Of a DNA stretch of 64,000 nucleotides, positions 9,528 through 18,655 are shown piece after piece (position 1 is the first letter of the stretch; each line of letters begins with the position of its first letter). The stretch comes from an uncultured Chloroflexia bacterium. Its GTDB lineage: Bacteria > Chloroflexota > Anaerolineae > CG2-30-64-16. The stretch lies in assembly GCA_963774265.1 (NCBI GenBank), contig CAVZDU010000007.1, positions 160,001-224,000 on the forward strand. Direction: 5' to 3'. The translations under genes and the position numbers were made by a program. The notes under the pieces were generated by a model. It was given only the letters and a program-made list of their open reading frames with translations. It had not been told where the DNA came from and made no database searches.

Positions 9528-9781
9528 ATGCAGAACACGACCTGGCCGCATGATTTTGTCATTCGACCCCCTCGCCCCGACGAGGTTGAGTCAGTCACCG
9601 CGCTTATCTGTGCGTGTGATGTGGCCGATACCGGCGAGCCCGACTGGACTGTGGGCGAGACGCGCGCGGACTGGGCGTGGACGCGAACAACCCCTCGGCC
9701 ACGAAGCTCTACTGTGGCGTGGGGATGCGCTCGCTGCAGGAGTACGTGCAGTATCAGCGGCCGGCGGCGTCGACGGGTTGA
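9528..9781 (+). pseudogene. GNAT acetyltransferase remnant with large internal deletion
   Basis: N-terminus IRPPRPDEVESVTALICACDVADTGEPDWTVGETRADW joins out of frame at GGACTGG (9668-9674) to a GNAT C-terminus GLGVDANNPSATKLYCGVGMRSLQEYVQYQR, stop TGA 9779-9781. Confidence 0.7.
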
Positions 9782-11004
9782 TTTGGCTCCCTGGACTTCG
9801 CCGGCAGCCAACGCACCACCGGGACGGATAGGAGCGAAACAACGGCCGCCGCAGCAAAGGCGGTGCGCAGATCGAACAGGTCCCCTATCCGGCCCACAAT
9901 GATCACGATGATCGAGCGGATCAGGAAACTGAGCGCCATATAGAACCCGTTGGCCAAAGCCCGGTTGTGGGGGAAGTTCTCCTGGATGAGCGCCATGATC
10001 ACCGGCGTAACGGAGAGGGAGGTGAGTCCGAGCAAGATCAGCAGGGGGAAGCGGGCCCAACCGGACGCGGCCAGGAAGAGGAACATCAAAATCGCTGTGG
10101 GCAGGATCGATAGAAAGATCATCAGCCGGCGGCCGAGCCTGTCGCTGAGCGTGCCGCCGAAGAACGCGCCGGCCACCCCCGCTGCTTGCAGCACCGACAG
10201 CGAGACGCTGGCAAGCCAGAAACTCTCGCCCTCGTCGTGCAGAAGCACGGGCAAGTAGGTGACCAATGTGACGCTCTGGATGATCTGGACCACCAGGATC
10301 GCCAGCAGAGGCGCCAGGAGCCGGCCTTTTCCCTTCAGTTCTTGTCGCAGCGAGGTAGCTTTGTTCTGCAGACCGCGCACGCTCCGCCGGTCTGCGGGCA
10401 GTGCGAATAGCAAGAGAGCCGAGGTCACCAGGCCGCCGATCATCAACCAGGGCATACGTTGTTGGCCCATCAGTGGGATGAATGCGCCGATGACCAGGGG
10501 ACCGATGAACCGGCCGGCCTCGCCGCCGACCATCCAAATGCTCATGCCCAGCCCTAGTTTGCTGCCGGAGACGTTGCCGGTCATCACCGGCCCAACCGCA
10601 TGCATACACGCCGAGCTCAAGCCCGCGATTGTCAGCAGGATTGCCAAGGCAAGATAGCTCGGTGCGACCCCCAACAGGCTCATGGCAATGGCTGTGACCA
10701 TAGGCGCCAGGATGACGAAATAGCGCGCATTGAAGCGATCTGCCACCCCGCCAATCACGGGCTGCAGGAGAGAAGCCTCCTGCATGAAGACCGACAGCAG
10801 CCCGGCCTCTGTGTTCGAAAGGCCCAGGGTCTGTTTGAAGATGATCAGCATCGGCGCCAGGAAAGCCGTGTAGCTGTCGTGAACCCAGTGGCTGGCAGCA
10901 ATGGTGGCCACGCGGCCGCTTTCGAAACCGGTTCGCTCGGCGGCCATGTCAATCGGTACGGCGGATGTGATTGTGGTTTCTGTTTGATTGCCTGCAGTGG
11001 ACAC
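9754..11004 (-). CDS. MFS transporter (Fsr/fosmidomycin-resistance-like)
   Basis: SHWVHDSY, LLQPVIGGVADRF, GGTLSDRLGRR, about 12 hydrophobic segments. GTG 11004 preceded by AGGAG. Confidence 0.85.
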   Translation of the reverse strand: MSTAGNQTETTITSAVPIDMAAERTGFESGRVATIAASHWVHDSYTAFLAPMLIIFKQTLGLSNTEAGLLSVFMQEASLLQPVIGGVADRFNARYFVILAPMVTAIAMSLLGVAPSYLALAILLTIAGLSSACMHAVGPVMTGNVSGSKLGLGMSIWMVGGEAGRFIGPLVIGAFIPLMGQQRMPWLMIGGLVTSALLLFALPADRRSVRGLQNKATSLRQELKGKGRLLAPLLAILVVQIIQSVTLVTYLPVLLHDEGESFWLASVSLSVLQAAGVAGAFFGGTLSDRLGRRLMIFLSILPTAILMFLFLAASGWARFPLLILLGLTSLSVTPVIMALIQENFPHNRALANGFYMALSFLIRSIIVIIVGRIGDLFDLRTAFAAAAVVSLLSVPVVRWLPAKSREPNQPVDAAGR

Positions 11005-11074
11005 TAGCTTCTCCTGGTGTGGGTTCGATGGGGTGTGGTAGGACCGGTCACAGATACGGGGCCCCGTGGATCCG

Positions 11075-11457
11075 TCAAGGTGCATTCCCTTCCTGGATTT
11101 CAATGTGCGTCATTCCAAAACTAACGCCGCTGCTGACCCGCAGTTGTTTGCTGCCACACGTGCAGCCTTGCGCGATTGCACGGGCCATGATGATGTGCGG
11201 ACGTTCCAGCTCCCATGCGCTCAGATCGGCTTGCTGGCCGCACACGGCGCACTTCATTTCCAGGGGCATCACTACGAAATGGAGCCGGGCCCCTTCCGCC
11301 ACGGTGCCACGGCTCAGATGATCGAAAAAAACCTCGACCGACGATGCCACGATCGCAGATATACGACCGACCTGCAGATAGATGTCCGTGACGCGGATCC
11401 GCCGGCATGCTCGAGAGCCATGTTGAGGATTGCCTGGGTCACGGGCATCTCATGCAT
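11075..11457 (-). CDS. hypA: Nickel metallochaperone HypA (single-base frameshift near 11394)
   Basis: MHEMPVTQAIL start. Adding one C continues as RVTDIYLQVGRISAIVASSVEVFFDHLSRGTVAEGARL...CAVC...CTCGS. Confidence 0.82.
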
Positions 11458-12133
11458 GACGGTCACTTTGGATAGCGTACTTGTTCGCCCGCATCTGGCG
11501 TATCCAATCGAGCCAGGCATCCAGGCCTTGCCCGGTCAGGCCGGACACCTCGAAGACGACCAGGTCCGGATTGACCGAAAGGGCATTTTTGCGCAACTGC
11601 GCGGTGCTGGCCGGAATGTAGGGTTCCAGGTCGATTTTGTTGATCACCAGAGCCTGGGCCGCGAGGAATGACATCGGGTACTTCAAGGGCTTGTCGTCGC
11701 CCTCGGGCAGGCTGGCTACGATGACTTTGAAGTCCTCACCAAGATCCCAGCCCGTCGGACAAAGCAGGTTGCCGACATTCTCGATAATCACGACGTCTGA
11801 TTCGTCGATGTTGATCTCATTGAGAGCCGCCCGGATCATGTTCGCTTCAAGATGGCAGCCGCCCCCGGTGTTGATCTGCACCGCTGGCACGCCTGCGGCA
11901 GCAATTCGTTCGGCGTCGAGACTGGTTGTCGGATCGCCCTCAATGACGCAGATCCGCAATTCATTGCGTAGTTTCTCGATGGTGCGTTCGAGCAAGGTCG
12001 TCTTTCCGGCGCCGGGCGAGGCCACGACGTCGAGGACGAGCACGGCCTTGCGTTCGAACTCCGAGCGCAGACTGGCTGCCAGCACGCTGTTGACCTCGGT
12101 GATCTCCCTGAGAACCGGAATCACCTTAACCAT
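11450..12133 (-). CDS. hypB: Nickel-insertion GTPase HypB
   Basis: ASPGAGKTTLLE, VIEGD, QINTGGGCHL, ENVGNLLCP, EGDDKPLKYP, NKIDL. Stop overlaps the hypA start. Confidence 0.92.
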   Translation of the reverse strand: MVKVIPVLREITEVNSVLAASLRSEFERKAVLVLDVVASPGAGKTTLLERTIEKLRNELRICVIEGDPTTSLDAERIAAAGVPAVQINTGGGCHLEANMIRAALNEINIDESDVVIIENVGNLLCPTGWDLGEDFKVIVASLPEGDDKPLKYPMSFLAAQALVINKIDLEPYIPASTAQLRKNALSVNPDLVVFEVSGLTGQGLDAWLDWIRQMRANKYAIQSDRHA

Positions 12134-13283
12134 GGAAGTCACCCCCCAGGTTGACGCATGGCGGCGCGGAGGCCGGGCGCCGGTCCACCCCGTGGAAATC
12201 ATCCGGATGATCGCGCGCCGCACACGGATCCGCTGCCAGCATGACCCGCCCTGGCTCGCGGGTGCCCAACGGGCGCATGGTGATCGCGGTGTCGGGGCAC
12301 GTCATGGCGCACAAACCACACCCCCAACACTTTTCGGGGTCGAACAACACAGTCTTGCGGCGCTTGCCATTGACCTCGATCTTGGTGCCGTCATGGTGAA
12401 ACGCATCGAAATGGCAGCGCTTGACGCACAGGCCGCACTGTTCGCACTTGCTCATGTCGCGTTCCGCAACGTGGTGGGCGCGGGGCCACTGCCGGTGCAG
12501 GCCCAGCAATGCGCTGGCACGGAACGGGTAGCAGTCGCACCCACAGCAATTACAGAAGCCAAAGAGCCCCTCATGCTCGCGCCAATATCGGTCACCCGTG
12601 TGCATCAGACCGCTGCGATTGCTATTGATCACGATGTTTTTCATTTCTTCTTTCGTGACCTGGCGGCCATGCCCGCGTTCGAGCGTAGCGCGCGCGCCTT
12701 CGTCCAGCCGGATACAGGTTTCGGATGGGCGTTTACAGGCCATGACGACCGCGCGACAGTCACACGGCACGACAACATGCTCCGATGCAGCCTCAACCAT
12801 CTCCAACGCCTCATCCAACAGCAGCACATCTCGATTCGGTATGCGCACGTATTTGTCCGGGTCCTGGCGAATCTCGTCAACGATGGGCAGCCAGACGGCC
12901 ATAAACTCTTCCAGCTGCCACTTGATCACTGCATCGCGCGCATCCGCCGGAACGTCACCCCAGTTCTCGTACATCGAAAGTGGATCGAGGCGAAGATAGA
13001 ATGTGGCGGGCGTGTAGGTTGTCACATCATCGACGGTCTTTCGGTTGATCACGTGCCGCCTGAAAGAGGAGTCCAGTAACGCAGCTGTCTCATCAGGGGA
13101 AATGGCGAGACGCTCGGCAATTTGAGCCGCGGTCAGCGGGCCATCACCGAGAGCGACGACGAGCTCCATCTCTCTGCCCTGAACGACGAAATCAATATGC
13201 GGCGTCATGGCGGGCGGCAACTGGAATATGAGGGCGAACTCATCGAGGAGTGCCAATGCCAGGTCTCCCTTTTCGTATGTCAT
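12126..13283 (-). CDS. 4Fe-4S dicluster ferredoxin-domain protein with N-terminal winged-helix-like region
   Basis: CDCR...C...C, FCNCCGCDC, CEQCGLCVKRCHF, CWGCGLCAMTCP motifs. Confidence 0.8.
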   Translation of the reverse strand: MTYEKGDLALALLDEFALIFQLPPAMTPHIDFVVQGREMELVVALGDGPLTAAQIAERLAISPDETAALLDSSFRRHVINRKTVDDVTTYTPATFYLRLDPLSMYENWGDVPADARDAVIKWQLEEFMAVWLPIVDEIRQDPDKYVRIPNRDVLLLDEALEMVEAASEHVVVPCDCRAVVMACKRPSETCIRLDEGARATLERGHGRQVTKEEMKNIVINSNRSGLMHTGDRYWREHEGLFGFCNCCGCDCYPFRASALLGLHRQWPRAHHVAERDMSKCEQCGLCVKRCHFDAFHHDGTKIEVNGKRRKTVLFDPEKCWGCGLCAMTCPDTAITMRPLGTREPGRVMLAADPCAARDHPDDFHGVDRRPASAPPCVNLGGDFHG

Positions 13284-13294
13284 AGAAGGCGCGT

Positions 13295-14732
13295 CTACCT
13301 TGCGTCAGCGACGATCTTGTCAAGTGCCTGCTGTACATCCGGCGGCAGCGGCTCGGGCTTGTGCGTTGCCAGGATCTTCAACGCCTTCTCCTGTGCGCGC
13401 TGCCGCAGTGTCTTGCCGCCGGACCGGCTCCAGTCCTCGTATGGCTTGCGGTCAAACAGCTTCGGATACCAGTCCTTTCTGTAGTGTAAGCGCGTGTGGT
13501 CCGCGCCCATGAAGTCGCCGTGAGGGCCAATCTCGTCGATCAGGTCTCAGCGCGAGGGTCTCCTCGTTGATCTCTAGCCCCTTCATGAACTGCTTGGTGT
13601 ATGCAATCAGTTCATCGCAGATGACGATCTGCTCGATCGAATTGCACATGCCCCCTTCCAGGTAGCCAACGTCATGGACCATCTCTGCACCCGCAAGGGT
13701 TTCCAGGATGATGGAGAATGCGGCCTCAGCCGCGGCCTGTTCATCCGGTATCTTCGAGTCGCTGCAACCGGCCAACCCGAAAATGGGCAGCCCGTAGCGG
13801 TGCGCCAATTCAACCAGCATGACGCGGTTGTTGGGATCCGAGTACGCGTCGACCATCGTGCGCATATCGAGCATGTCATTGACGCCCCCGGTCAGGATGA
13901 CCGGTGCACCCTCGCGCTTGATCTGGCTGATGACAAGACCTGCCAGCTCGCCCGCGTTGGCCAGTGCGATCGCGCCGGCCGCGGTGACCGGTCCGCTGAC
14001 GCCGCGCAGGACGACCGGCGTGTAGGTGGTGGGTAGGCCCTTCTCCGCCATGAAGAGTAGTTTCTGCAACGCCTCGCCGTTGTGTCGCAGTGGATGGGTG
14101 ACGTTGATATAAAGCGCACAGATCGGGTTGCGCCGCAACGCCTCTTCTCCACCGGCCACTGCCTCAGCCATGCGGACCACGTCCACACAGCCAGGAAATT
14201 CGGTTGTGACGAAGAGGATGGGCTTCGTGCTGTTTATCAGCATCGCGCGCATCTGGTGACGATCGGACACCGCCTGATCCACGTCAGATGCGATGCAGAA
14301 GGACATGAGGAAGTCGATATTGGGTAATGCGTCGCATACCAGTGTTGCCTCCTCGATATCGTGCAGTGTCCCGACGCGGCGCTCGCCCGTTCGCACGTCA
14401 ATCACGTTCAGGCAGTCTGAGCCGGGACCATAGAAGACATTGTTGCGCTCCAGGGGCATCACGCGGCGACCATTGCGGTCGCAGATGACCGCACGCTTGG
14501 GCGCGATGCTCAAGGCCCACTCGACCAGGCCCGGGGGAATGCGCACGCGGTTGCCATTTTCGATCTTCAGCCCCTTGCGCCGGAGCAATTCAACCGCCTC
14601 TGGCTCGTAGAGGACAACGCCGGTGCGATCCAGGATTTCCAGGCTAGCATGGTGAAGCCGCTCGGTCTGGTCGTCCGAAACCTTGCGAAAGCGCGGCGTG
14701 TCGTAGGAGGTATAATTGCTTTGAACTGTCAC
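13295..14732 (-). CDS. Non-pyrrolysine MttB-superfamily (trimethylamine/quaternary amine:corrinoid) methyltransferase, +1 frameshift near 13547
   Basis: LHHASLEILDRTGV, SGPVTAAGAIALANAGELAGLVISQ, GLAGCSDSKIPDEQAAAE, HDVGYLEGG. Removing one A gives EETLALDLIDEIGPHGDFMGADHT joined to ORF 13295-13510. GTG 14732 with GAAGGAG RBS. Confidence 0.88.
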
Positions 14733-14734
14733 GA

Positions 14735-15664
14735 TCAATGCTCCTTCGGTTTGGGATTGAAGGCTGTTGCGCGCCGTGCAGCTATGTCCAACGCTTCTTC
14801 GACCAGGACGGGCAGCACGGCCAGGCGGTATTCGCGCGACGCGCGCAGGACGTTGCTGCGTGGGTCCGCGTCGGACAGGGCGAGCTGTGCGGCCTCCGAG
14901 AACGTCTCTTGCGTGGGCCGGCGACCGACCAGAAACGCCTCCGCATCGGAAGCGCGGATTGGACACGGGCCAACCGGTCCCATGGCAATGGCGGCAGACT
15001 CGATCAGATCGCCATCGAGCACGATTCTGGTCGCGCAGCTGAGTGTTGGCAGCACCAGGGAGGGCCGCCTTCCCGCCCGCTGCCACCCCGTGCCCCAGGG
15101 ATGCCTCGGAATGGGGAAGCGGATGTGTGTCACGAGTTGCCGCGTGGAATCGATGCGTGAATGGCCCGGGCCGGCAAAAAGTGAGGCCACGGACCGCCAT
15201 TCCGAAGCGCCCCCGTGGGATTGGGAACGGTCCTGCAGGAACGTTGCGCCGCTCAGCGCTTTGACCTGAACTTCCGCATCGAGCGCGATGGCGATGATCG
15301 CACCATCGGCCGCGGGCATGGCCTGAACCAGGTTGCCCACCCATGTTGCCGCGGTTTGGATGGCTAACGCACCCACGGACCCAGCAGCGTCGGACAGCGC
15401 ATGGACGTGATTGGCGAGATACGGGTGCTCGCGCAGCGCGACAAATGGCACGGCCGCGCCCACGGTGATCCAATCCTCGCCCACGTCGATTCGCCCCAAA
15501 TCCGGAATGCGCGTGATATCGACGAGGCACGCAACGTGGAGCTTGCCCTTTTCGATGTCAGGAAGGACATCGGTGCCGCCCGCGATGATGCGCGCCTGCC
15601 CATCGTAGGCCGCCAGCAGTCCGAGCGCCTCCTCGTCCGTCGAGGGGAACAAATACTCGGTCAT
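14735..15664 (-). CDS. Molybdenum hydroxylase FAD-binding subunit (CoxM/CutM/XdhB-like)
   Basis: IIAGGTDV, ATWVGNLVQAMPAADG, RASREYR motifs. Confidence 0.88.
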   Translation of the reverse strand: MTEYLFPSTDEEALGLLAAYDGQARIIAGGTDVLPDIEKGKLHVACLVDITRIPDLGRIDVGEDWITVGAAVPFVALREHPYLANHVHALSDAAGSVGALAIQTAATWVGNLVQAMPAADGAIIAIALDAEVQVKALSGATFLQDRSQSHGGASEWRSVASLFAGPGHSRIDSTRQLVTHIRFPIPRHPWGTGWQRAGRRPSLVLPTLSCATRIVLDGDLIESAAIAMGPVGPCPIRASDAEAFLVGRRPTQETFSEAAQLALSDADPRSNVLRASREYRLAVLPVLVEEALDIAARRATAFNPKPKEH

Positions 15665-18600
15665 GGCGCAACATCTCGGTGGGATCCACGGTGACGCGCT
15701 TCTGATTCTGGGTGTTCGGGGTCCTCCGCGGCAGAGTCGATCTCCATCTCTCCACGTATCGCGGCCAGGACGCGCTCAGGTGTGGCCGGGATCGTGCGCA
15801 GCCGATGGCCGATGGCGCGGGATACGGCGTTGATGATCGCAGGCGTCGCGGGCAGCATAGCCGCTTCGCCCAAACCCTTTACGCCGAACGGACCGAACAG
15901 GCTCGGCGCCTCGACAAGGATGACTTCGATCTGGGGCATGGACTTGATCGTCGGCATATAGTAGTCTGCAAAGCCGCGCGTATGGCCGGGAAGGACCTCC
16001 TCCATCAGAGCCGCGCCCAGACCCATGATAAGCGCACCCTCAATCTGCCCCTCGGCATCCACGCGATTCACTGCGCGGCCCACGTCGTGACAGGCGACCA
16101 TCTTGAGGACCTGCACCTGCCCTGTGCGCGGGTCAACCTCGACTTCCGCCAGGTGCGCGCCGGTGACAAACAGCGGAGCGTACTCCGGCCTGGATTCTGC
16201 AGGGAAGTGAGCGTTCAGGTCAAACACGCCCCTGATCCGCCGTCCCTTCCCGAGCCTGTCGAACTCGGCAGCCGCTTCTGCCAGTGACACCCAGGAGCCG
16301 TCCCTGGCGCAGACGCGATCCCGATCGATGGCGAGCTCATCCGGCGAGCGGTCAAACAACTCGGCGGCAACCCCGAGCACTTCGTCGCGCAGGTTGGACG
16401 CGGCGGCCACGACTGCGCCGCCGACGAAATAGGTAGCGCGCGACGCGCCCTGGATACCGCTGTCCGGCGTGCGTCCGGTGTCTGAGTTGACCACGGTGAT
16501 CTGATCCCGAGAGACGCCGAGCGCCTCGGCCGCCATCTGAGACATCGTCGTGTTTGTGCCCTGACCGTAATCCGCGGCAGTGCAGTAGATGATGAAGCGG
16601 CCGCGCCCGTCCGGGGCGGTCGCCAATTCCGCGTGCGCTTCGACCCGCAGCGAGCCGGATTTGCCGAAACGATACCACATGCCTGCGAGCCCGACGCCGC
16701 GACGGGTTGCAGAGTGAGAATTGGAGGTTGAAGATTGGCGGGCGCCCGAGTTCCAGGCTTCGGCATCGGTCAGAAATGCTTCGTAGTGCGGTCGCAGGGC
16801 GTTCAACACCTCTTTGAAGCCCAATGACTCGGCCACCGGGTAGCCCAGGAACGATGGCTCCCCGGTGCGCAGCCGATTCTGCATTCTGAATTCAAGCGGG
16901 TCGACCCCAAGCACCTGCGCGAGTTCGTCGAGCGCACACTCGGTGGCAAAGCAGGACTGTGCGGTGCCGAAACCCCGATACTGCCCCGCCTTGGGTCCGT
17001 TGGTGTAAACCGTCTGTGCCTGGGCGTCCACCGCCTGCCACCGGTAGGGTCCGCCACTCGCCGTTACGGCATAATTGGGGACATACTGCCCATGTGCATC
17101 GTAGGCTCCCGTGTTGGCGTCGATACGCAGGCGGATTCCGGTCAACCGGCCGTCACGCGTTGCACCGATTTTGTTGCGCACGGTGTAAGGGTGTCGCTTG
17201 GGGCTGGCAGCGAACGACTCTTGCCGGGAGTAGACCAGCATGACCGGCCGCCGCGCGTGGTAGGTCATCAGGGCCGTGGCCACGAACGGCCAGGGATCCT
17301 GTTTCCCGCCAAACGAACCGCCGGTCGGAGGCAGGATGACGCGCACTCGTTCTCGTGGGACTGCCAGCGAGGACGAGATGTATCCTTGCTGGTAGAAAGG
17401 TTCGTGTGTGCCCCCGGTGACTGTCAGACGTCCTTCATCATCGAAGTACCCGAGCAGCGCCTCACGCTCCAGAGCGCCGTGCTCCAGGAAGGCCATACGG
17501 TATTCGCTCTCGAGAACGATGTCGGCTTCGGCAAAGGCCGCTTCCAGGTCTCCGTGGCGCACCTCGAACCGAGTGAGGATGTTGTCTTTGCCCGCGATCG
17601 GCGCCGCACCGGGTGCAAGCGAGTCCTCAACCGCGAAGGTGTGTGGCAGAACCTCGAACTGCACATCGATTGCAGCTAACCCGGCTTGGGCAGCTTCTGT
17701 TGACTCGGCCACAAGGAGCGCCACGGGCGCACCCACCATTCGCACGGTCGAGCCAATCGGAGGCAGCAAAGGCTCTTCCTGGCTGTAATCGCCCAGGCCA
17801 TTCTCGCCGGGGATGTCTGCAGCGGTGAGCACGCACACGACTCCTGGCATTTGCAGCGCGCGATTCGTATCGATGGACAGTAACCGGGCGTGATGATGAG
17901 GCGAGCGCAGAACGCGGCCTTGTGCGGTCTTCAGGCCAGTACCGGGCAGGCTCATGTCCTCGACATAACGCGCCAAGCCGGTCACCTTTCCCACCGAATC
18001 CGCGCGCAACATGCTCCCGCCAATGACGCCCGCCTGGCCTCTGCGTCCTTTCTGGGCCGTCCCTCCAATCACCCACTCCTTCGTGATCTTCGTCCCCTTT
18101 GTGTTCTTTGTGGTTGAGTGATCCTCGGCCGCAGCGCGCATTCGCTCCGCTGCCACTTCGACCGCGGCCACGATCTTCGCGTATCCGGTGCACCGGCAAA
18201 GGTTGCCTTCCAAGGCATCTACGATCTGCTCGCGTGTCGGCTGCGCAGTGCGATCGAGCAGGGCCTTGCCTGCCATCAGCATTCCGGGTGTGCAGTAGCC
18301 GCATTGCACTGCGCCGGCCTCAATGAAGGCTATCTGGAGCGGGTGCAGCCCCTCCGGCCGGCTGAGCCCCTCGACGGTGTCCACACGCCGGCCCGCGGCC
18401 TTTCCGATGGGCGTCAGGCAGGAGCGCACGGGTTGCCCGTCGAGGAGCACCGTGCATGCTCCGCACTCGCCCTCGTGATCGCAGCCTTGTTTCGTGCCGG
18501 TAAGTCCCAATTCCCCGCGCAGGACATCGAGCAGGGGGCGCGCAGGATCGACCTCGATGGTGACCTGGCTTCGATTAATCGTGAAAGAAATCTGTGTCAT
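15661..18600 (-). CDS. Xanthine dehydrogenase / aldehyde oxidoreductase family, fused 2x[2Fe-2S] and molybdopterin-binding subunit
   Basis: GTKQGCDHEGECGACTV, QCGYCTPGM, GNLCRCTGY, GGSFGGKQ, YRGFG, GQGTNT, GVKGLGE. Confidence 0.92.
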   Translation of the reverse strand: MTQISFTINRSQVTIEVDPARPLLDVLRGELGLTGTKQGCDHEGECGACTVLLDGQPVRSCLTPIGKAAGRRVDTVEGLSRPEGLHPLQIAFIEAGAVQCGYCTPGMLMAGKALLDRTAQPTREQIVDALEGNLCRCTGYAKIVAAVEVAAERMRAAAEDHSTTKNTKGTKITKEWVIGGTAQKGRRGQAGVIGGSMLRADSVGKVTGLARYVEDMSLPGTGLKTAQGRVLRSPHHHARLLSIDTNRALQMPGVVCVLTAADIPGENGLGDYSQEEPLLPPIGSTVRMVGAPVALLVAESTEAAQAGLAAIDVQFEVLPHTFAVEDSLAPGAAPIAGKDNILTRFEVRHGDLEAAFAEADIVLESEYRMAFLEHGALEREALLGYFDDEGRLTVTGGTHEPFYQQGYISSSLAVPRERVRVILPPTGGSFGGKQDPWPFVATALMTYHARRPVMLVYSRQESFAASPKRHPYTVRNKIGATRDGRLTGIRLRIDANTGAYDAHGQYVPNYAVTASGGPYRWQAVDAQAQTVYTNGPKAGQYRGFGTAQSCFATECALDELAQVLGVDPLEFRMQNRLRTGEPSFLGYPVAESLGFKEVLNALRPHYEAFLTDAEAWNSGARQSSTSNSHSATRRGVGLAGMWYRFGKSGSLRVEAHAELATAPDGRGRFIIYCTAADYGQGTNTTMSQMAAEALGVSRDQITVVNSDTGRTPDSGIQGASRATYFVGGAVVAAASNLRDEVLGVAAELFDRSPDELAIDRDRVCARDGSWVSLAEAAAEFDRLGKGRRIRGVFDLNAHFPAESRPEYAPLFVTGAHLAEVEVDPRTGQVQVLKMVACHDVGRAVNRVDAEGQIEGALIMGLGAALMEEVLPGHTRGFADYYMPTIKSMPQIEVILVEAPSLFGPFGVKGLGEAAMLPATPAIINAVSRAIGHRLRTIPATPERVLAAIRGEMEIDSAAEDPEHPESEARHRGSHRDVAP

Positions 18601-18655
18601 CTTCCAGGGTCTTTAGCTCAACGAGACAATATTCTAGCACGAGACCACGCGACTG

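Noticed and set aside
13295-14732. Pyrrolysine read-through in the MttB homolog
   Set aside because: There is no in-frame TAG. The region where Pyl is expected reads AGCSDSK, and the break near 13547 is a +1 indel, not an amber codon.
13452-15530. 692-aa ORF suggesting a long N-terminal extension on MttB
   Set aside because: The first ~265 codons overlap the FAD subunit in another frame and read as non-coding shadow. An RBS supports GTG 14732.
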